DNA of 26,877 nt from a virus (taxonomy: Duplodnaviria > Caudoviricetes). The position numbers and the translations under genes were made by a program. The stretch covers positions 1 to 26,877 of the IMG/VR virus record IMGVR_UViG_3300030330_003921. One strand, given 5' to 3'. Within the stretch, counting starts at the first letter, position 1. Each line of letters opens with the position of its first letter. The notes under the pieces were generated by a model. It worked only from the letters and a program-made list of their open reading frames with translations, was not told where the DNA came from and ran no database searches. Of the stretch, positions 21,455-26,877 are shown piece after piece.

Positions 21455-23413
21455 ATGTCTAAGAGAAAATACACTAAGCGCTCAGAGTATTGGAAGAAGT
21501 TCAACAACAACGAACATCCTTCTAGACCCACAGAAAACAAATTCGAACCAGAATTTTCAGGTGAGCCATTCTATACGTCTGATGCCTCATATTCTGATAT
21601 TTCCAAAGCTAGGACTTCTCAAACTGGCACTTCTTTTACGGGGAGTAGGAACAACAGAGTTTCCCAAAAAAATCCTATAGACAGGTTCAGGAGTATAGCT
21701 ATTGGTATGCTGCCATATGAGTATGCATCTGACGGAGTTACAGCAAGAGATGCTATTGAGCTTTGTCAAAAAGCATACGCTAATGTAGCTGTATTTCGTA
21801 ATGCTATTGATATTATGTCTGAGTTTACCAACACAGATATTTATTTAGAGGGCGGCACAAGAAAAAGTAGAGAGTTCTTTGAAGAATGGTTTAAACGTGT
21901 AAATATTATAGGTTTAAAAGATCAATACTTTAGAGAGTATTACAGAAGTGGTAATGTATTTTTATATAGAATAGATGGCAGGTTTAAAGCTGAAGATTAC
22001 GCTAGATTAATAAATCAAGTTGGATCTATAGATGCTGGTCCTAATCAGATACCTTTACGATACATTCTTTTAAATCCGTATGATGTAGTAGCGAAAAGAG
22101 CTACCACTTTCACTTATAGTGGAGCTTATCAAAAAATTCTTTCAGATTATGAATTAGCTCGTTTAGCTAATCCTATTACAGAAGAGGATCAGGCTATATT
22201 TGATGCTTTAGATCCCAAAGTGCAAAAAGATATAGTTGACAGATCTTATTCACACAAAGGCATAAGTATAGATCTAGATCCTAAAAGGTTATCTTATTCT
22301 TTTTATAAAAAGCAAGATTACGAGCCATTCGCCATACCTTTTGGTTTTCCAGTATTAGAAGATATTAACGCAAAGCTTGAGCTGAAGAAAATGGATCAAG
22401 CTATCACAAGAACAGTGGAGAATGTTATTCTTCTAATCACTATGGGTGCTGATCCAGAGAAGGGTGGCATTAATCCCAACAATATGTTGGCTATGCAAAA
22501 CTTATTTAAAAATGAGAGCGTGGGTCGTGTGTTGGTATCAGATTATACAACTAAAGCTGAGTTTATCATACCAGAACTAAATCTAGTATTAGGGCCAGCG
22601 AAGTATGAGATACTAAACGAAGATATTCGTCAAGGTTTACAAAACATTGTAGTTGGAGAAGAAAAGTTTAACTCTACACAAGTTAAAGCGCAGATATTTA
22701 TTGATCGTTTACAGGAATCGAGGCATGGCTTCTTAAATGACTTTTTGAACAAAGAAATTAAAAGGATAGCTAAAAATCTTGGATTTAGATCTTGGCCACA
22801 AGCTAGAATGAAAGACATAGATATGAGAGATGAGGTTCAACTCATGAGAGCATCTACAAGACTTATGGAACTCGGTATTATTACTCCCAAGCAGGGTATG
22901 GAGATGTTCCACAATGGCAAGTTCCCAGAACCAGATCAACTCAAGCCAGAACAACAAGATTTCTTAGAGGATAGAGAAAAAGGTTACTACAACCCAATCG
23001 TAGGTGGTGTTCCTGTATACTCTCCTGATAAAAAGACAACTGGGCCAAGAAAAGAAGCTGGTAGACCAGAGGGAACTACAGACATACCTATAGTAAATGC
23101 TCAGTATTCTAGGGCTAACATACAAAAGACAATCTACGATATAGAGAGTTTTGTTAATGATTCTAAAGCTAAAATGATAAATAAACTTGGAGTCGAAAAG
23201 TTAAATGATTCTCAAGAGGATATGTTAAATAATTTATGTGAATCTATTGTATGCTCTCAAGACAAAGAATATTGGGGTGAAACTTTAGAATCTTGTGTAA
23301 AAGATTTTAACGAAATAGAGAATTTGAATACTTTAAAAGAAGTTTTAGATATCTCTGCTCAACATACGTTGGATACATATCCAGCAGCAATCTTATATCA
23401 CAGCGATGAATAA
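21455..23413 (+). CDS. portal protein
   Basis: 652 aa directly after terL; AYANVAVFRNAIDIMSEF, YYRSGNVFLY, PF.IP pattern; canonical head-module order. Confidence 0.75.
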   Translation: MSKRKYTKRSEYWKKFNNNEHPSRPTENKFEPEFSGEPFYTSDASYSDISKARTSQTGTSFTGSRNNRVSQKNPIDRFRSIAIGMLPYEYASDGVTARDAIELCQKAYANVAVFRNAIDIMSEFTNTDIYLEGGTRKSREFFEEWFKRVNIIGLKDQYFREYYRSGNVFLYRIDGRFKAEDYARLINQVGSIDAGPNQIPLRYILLNPYDVVAKRATTFTYSGAYQKILSDYELARLANPITEEDQAIFDALDPKVQKDIVDRSYSHKGISIDLDPKRLSYSFYKKQDYEPFAIPFGFPVLEDINAKLELKKMDQAITRTVENVILLITMGADPEKGGINPNNMLAMQNLFKNESVGRVLVSDYTTKAEFIIPELNLVLGPAKYEILNEDIRQGLQNIVVGEEKFNSTQVKAQIFIDRLQESRHGFLNDFLNKEIKRIAKNLGFRSWPQARMKDIDMRDEVQLMRASTRLMELGIITPKQGMEMFHNGKFPEPDQLKPEQQDFLEDREKGYYNPIVGGVPVYSPDKKTTGPRKEAGRPEGTTDIPIVNAQYSRANIQKTIYDIESFVNDSKAKMINKLGVEKLNDSQEDMLNNLCESIVCSQDKEYWGETLESCVKDFNEIENLNTLKEVLDISAQHTLDTYPAAILYHSDE

Positions 23414-24068
23414 ATATTTTAAATACACCAAAGATGGAGTCGAAGTAGATGTGTCAGAAGCTATGCATTACGGAGACAAGAAAAAGGAAGAAGCAAAGGG
23501 AGCACCAGATATCAATAAGCATTACTTCAAAACAAAAGAAGAGGCTATGAAAGATGCCGAAAAAATGGGTCTTAAAGGTATTCACTCTCACAAAGGCGAA
23601 AATGGTGAAACTTTGTATATGGCTGGACCTAATCACGAGGCTTTCATGAGGAAACATAAAGAAGTCCTTAAAATGAAAGATAAATCTGAAAGCATGGACA
23701 TGGATGACAAAGAGATGAAAGAAAAACACTCTGAGGGTTACATGACGATGAAAAAGAAGAAAGCCGAAGGTGAAATGATTAAAGACGGTGAGTATGTGGG
23801 CAAACCAGCAAAAGCTGGTCATTACGGTGATAAGAAGAAAGCTAAGGCAGAGATGAGTCCTAAGCAAAAAAATGCTCTTGATAAGAATAAGGACGGCAAG
23901 ATTTCAAAAGAGGATTTTGAAATGCTCCGCAAAGAAAAGAAAGAGTCTAAGAGCATGCATAAAGACGAAGACAAAGATAAGAAGAAAAAGAAGATGATGA
24001 AGCCAAAAATGAGCTACGCCCAACTTCTAATTAACTTAACTAATAAAAATTCTGAAGAGGAAGAGTAA
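23406..24068 (+). CDS. K/E/M-rich low-complexity protein with EF-hand motif
   Basis: LDKNKDGKISKEDF EF-hand-like loop; HYGDKKK occurs twice. Confidence 0.7.
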   Translation: MNKYFKYTKDGVEVDVSEAMHYGDKKKEEAKGAPDINKHYFKTKEEAMKDAEKMGLKGIHSHKGENGETLYMAGPNHEAFMRKHKEVLKMKDKSESMDMDDKEMKEKHSEGYMTMKKKKAEGEMIKDGEYVGKPAKAGHYGDKKKAKAEMSPKQKNALDKNKDGKISKEDFEMLRKEKKESKSMHKDEDKDKKKKKMMKPKMSYAQLLINLTNKNSEEEE

Positions 24069-25558
24069 TGGACTATAAGTATACTACTACTTTTGACTGT
24101 CCTCTTCTAGCTTGTGAAATTAGCGAGTCTTCTTTGATATCTAAGGCTTCCTTAGAATCATTAGCTCCTTTGCTCCCAACTGATGTTGATTACGGCAGTA
24201 ACATTGATTTGTTAGGTGTAGCTTTCAATGCTGCTGTCGTAAACAAATTCAATAAAAATGGCGATGGGATGGACAGCGCAACAGCTGTTAAGTATACTAA
24301 GAATTTTATACATAAACCAACTAATATTGAACACGACAAACAAAAAGTTGTTGGTCACATAGCTTCTGCTGGTTACAGCTCTTTCGGAGACAACAAGCTC
24401 TTATCAGAAGAGGAAGTAAAAACTCAAAAGCAACCCTTCAATATTGCATTGGGTGCAATTATTTATAAAGGCGTTAATCCTTCTTTTACTAAATTAGTTG
24501 AGAGTTCTTTAGATCCAGAAAACAGTAGTTATCAAAAGGTATCTGCTAGTTGGGAAGTCGGTTTTAATAGTTATGTCTTGGCTGTAGGAAGTGACCTTTT
24601 AAGCGAGTCTAGGATTGTGTCTGATCCTGATGAAATACTTAAATTACAGGGTTTTCTGAGAAGTTTTGGTGGTAACGGAAAGACTGACAAAGGAGAGACT
24701 ATTAACAGGCTAATCATGGGTGATATCTACCCACTTGGCATAGCTTATACTTTGAACCCAGCAGCTCAAGTAAAAGGTTTGTATGGCGAGCCACCTAAAA
24801 AATCCCAGTTTTTTATAAAGGATAAAAGGGATAAAATTTCACAAAACCGTGAATTAAATGTAAACAACGAAAAGAACTTTATCGACATGGAAATTGAAAA
24901 GACTCTTAACGAACTTAAGGAGCTACTTAGTGAGAAGAAATTCTCCAAGGAAGCTGTCGCTTCGATGACTGACACTTTTGCAGATGCTATCCGTCAGCGG
25001 GATGAACAATACCGCAAGGATGTCGAAGCAGAAAAGACAGCTAAAGAAGGCGCAATCAAGGAATACGAGGAGTTAAAGTCCTCTGTTTCTGAGATGGAAG
25101 AGAAGCTGAATGCTGCTAATGAGCGCATTCTTGCTTTTGAACAGGACAAGAAAGCTGAAGAAGCCGTTGCCTCGTTTAACGAGCGTATGGATTCTCTGGA
25201 TGAAAAATTCCAACTTGATGATCAAGACCGCGAATTTCTTGCCACTGAGCTTAGGGATCTTGATGATGCCGATGCTTATGAGGCATTTGCATCCAAGCTG
25301 GAAGTCCTTTGGAAACATAAGAACAAAGAGGTGCAAGCCGAATTCGATGCTGAGATTCAAGCTCGTATTGATGAAGAAGTTGCCAAGAGGGTATCTAACG
25401 CTTCTGAAGAAGAAGTTGAGTTAGAAGAAGCTCTTGATGACGCGGAGCCTACTGACGTTGGGGTGTCCAATGCAAACGAAGCTGTCGCTACCGAAGAGCC
25501 TTCTCTTCGTGATAAGTTCAAGAGCGCATTTTCACGCGATAATATTGAAATTTCTTAA
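24068..25558 (+). CDS. prohead protease fused to scaffold coiled-coil
   Basis: N-domain N.NGD, KPTNIEH...VVGHI, SASWEVGF, NPAA; acidic coiled-coil C-half; position between portal and capsid. Confidence 0.7.
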   Translation: MDYKYTTTFDCPLLACEISESSLISKASLESLAPLLPTDVDYGSNIDLLGVAFNAAVVNKFNKNGDGMDSATAVKYTKNFIHKPTNIEHDKQKVVGHIASAGYSSFGDNKLLSEEEVKTQKQPFNIALGAIIYKGVNPSFTKLVESSLDPENSSYQKVSASWEVGFNSYVLAVGSDLLSESRIVSDPDEILKLQGFLRSFGGNGKTDKGETINRLIMGDIYPLGIAYTLNPAAQVKGLYGEPPKKSQFFIKDKRDKISQNRELNVNNEKNFIDMEIEKTLNELKELLSEKKFSKEAVASMTDTFADAIRQRDEQYRKDVEAEKTAKEGAIKEYEELKSSVSEMEEKLNAANERILAFEQDKKAEEAVASFNERMDSLDEKFQLDDQDREFLATELRDLDDADAYEAFASKLEVLWKHKNKEVQAEFDAEIQARIDEEVAKRVSNASEEEVELEEALDDAEPTDVGVSNANEAVATEEPSLRDKFKSAFSRDNIEIS

Positions 25559-25577
25559 TTAATAACCAACTAAAATC

Positions 25578-26246
25578 ATGGCATTACGAATTCTACCATT
25601 CAGACAATACTCTGATCACGATGTCATTAACCTCTTTTCCGTTATCGGGAGTGACGTTAATGATAAGACCACTGACTCAGGCGCTGGCGATGCTGGCGTA
25701 TTTGTTAAGGTCTCTGACGGTAACTTTGATGCAGATCCTATCACCTATCAAACGAACGCATATCTTGGCGAAACCGCTAGCGTTCCATTTTTAGGGACTA
25801 CGGAAATGTATCCTGAAGTCAATCTTAAAATCACAGGAGCTAAAGACGAAGATCACTGCATCGGCATGACTCTTTATCAGACTGCGAAAAAAGATGAAAA
25901 CGAAGAAAAACTTCTTTACAACCCACAAAAGCGGGAAGAACTCCAAGTGATGCTTCCAGGACAAGCTGTCCCTATTGCAACTAAGGGTGTTTTCACTTTA
26001 AGCTCCGCTGCATTCGATGGACCTCTTACTGACTACGCTCCAGGAAACAGGATCAAGCTGTCTAGTAACGCTGGTAAGATTACTGGCTTCCAGCAACTTG
26101 CTGCTGCTTCAGTCACCACTGGTGATTTAGTAGACGAAGATAAGGTTTTTGGTCACGTTCTTGGAACAGGAACTCGTCCAAACGAAGGAAACACTACGGA
26201 CCAGTTCTCTGGTGATTACATCGTTGTATCGTTTGATTGTAACTAA
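25578..26246 (+). CDS. putative head decoration/cement protein
   Basis: 222 aa G/D/T-rich, directly upstream of the capsid gene; PGQAVPIATKGVF. Confidence 0.55.
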   Translation: MALRILPFRQYSDHDVINLFSVIGSDVNDKTTDSGAGDAGVFVKVSDGNFDADPITYQTNAYLGETASVPFLGTTEMYPEVNLKITGAKDEDHCIGMTLYQTAKKDENEEKLLYNPQKREELQVMLPGQAVPIATKGVFTLSSAAFDGPLTDYAPGNRIKLSSNAGKITGFQQLAAASVTTGDLVDEDKVFGHVLGTGTRPNEGNTTDQFSGDYIVVSFDCN

Positions 26247-26267
26247 TAAAAGAAAGGACTTTATAAC

Positions 26268-26877
26268 ATGAAAATTACTTTAAAAAGAACTCCAGAACAA
26301 GTCGAGCTTATCAAAGCTATGGCTTCTCGTAACCGCAATGTTGCATACGAGGCACAGGTAGCACTTGCTGAATTCATCGGACCAGTTTTGGCCGAGGTTA
26401 TCAACAATGCTCCTACCGTAAGCAGCCTTTTCCAGTCGCTTCAGTTCGACGCTGATGACAACCCAAGCATCCCGCTTGATCTTTACTTTGACATCGCTGA
26501 CGAAGATTACGTCAAGGTGTGGAGTCAGAGTCACGCTGGTGGACTTCCTAGCAGTCAGGTTCTTCCTACTGTTCAAGAGCTGAAGGTCGCCACTTACACT
26601 CTCGACACCGCTGTTGATTTTGATCGTCGTTATGCAGCTAAGAGCCGCATGGATGTTGTGAGTAAGACTTTCACTCGCGTTGCACAAGAGATTCTGCTCA
26701 AGCAAGATCGCACTTCTGCTAGTCTTGTTATGACTTCTCTTGCTGGTGCTAGTATTAAGTCTTCTCCTCTGCTTAATGACAAGCAGGTATTCAGAACCGC
26801 TGTAAAAGGTAGGGTGCTGATTGATGATTTCAATAAGCTTATGACCCTTGCAAAGCGTGTTAACACTTCTTGGATTG
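26268..26877 (+). CDS. major capsid protein, 3'-truncated by window end (absent from ORF track)
   Basis: SD AGAAAGGA then ATG 26268, MKITLKRTPEQVELIKAMASRNRNVAYEAQVALAEFIGPVL..., open to the end; position in head module. Confidence 0.75.
   Translation, partial: MKITLKRTPEQVELIKAMASRNRNVAYEAQVALAEFIGPVLAEVINNAPTVSSLFQSLQFDADDNPSIPLDLYFDIADEDYVKVWSQSHAGGLPSSQVLPTVQELKVATYTLDTAVDFDRRYAAKSRMDVVSKTFTRVAQEILLKQDRTSASLVMTSLAGASIKSSPLLNDKQVFRTAVKGRVLIDDFNKLMTLAKRVNTSWI

Noticed and set aside
26280-26866. minus-strand ORFs 26280-26705 and 26630-26866
   Set aside because: Antisense to the open, SD-led major capsid frame starting at 26268.
1-26877. integrase, transposase, reverse transcriptase or alternative genetic code
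   Set aside because: No such motifs were seen in any ORF; long genes are intact in the standard code and all three stop codons are used.

Overview
A segment of a large tailed dsDNA phage genome (Caudoviricetes). The host is not determinable; a PVC/Verrucomicrobia-type host is only a guess from the leaderless promoters and the pilin-like gene. There are three zones. (1) 1-5.9 kb: AT-rich accessory genes, including a DUF1599-like protein, two tRNAs (Leu-UAA and CAU, probably Ile2), a GT2 glycosyltransferase, a pyrimidine-dimer glycosylase-like protein, a prepilin-motif mini-protein and a stand-alone RuvB. (2) 6.2-14.5 kb: a minus-strand, increasingly GC-rich region of small early-type genes, divided into modules by nine copies of a fixed-length 77-bp element (27-bp palindrome + 23-bp GC core + 27-bp palindrome; palindrome consensus GTAACTCGTTGA-NNN-TCAACGAGTTAC). 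Each module has its own sigma70-like promoter predicted to give (near-)leaderless mRNA, and several stop codons lie inside the element. This cassette-like array is the most notable feature. (3) 14.7-26.9 kb: plus-strand late/morphogenesis genes (PhoH, phage sigma factor, Zn-finger/ERCC4 nuclease, terminase large subunit, portal, EF-hand protein, protease/scaffold, decoration protein, truncated major capsid protein); several genes are preceded by a recurrent GTGTAA motif. All family calls come from motif recognition by eye; no searches were run.
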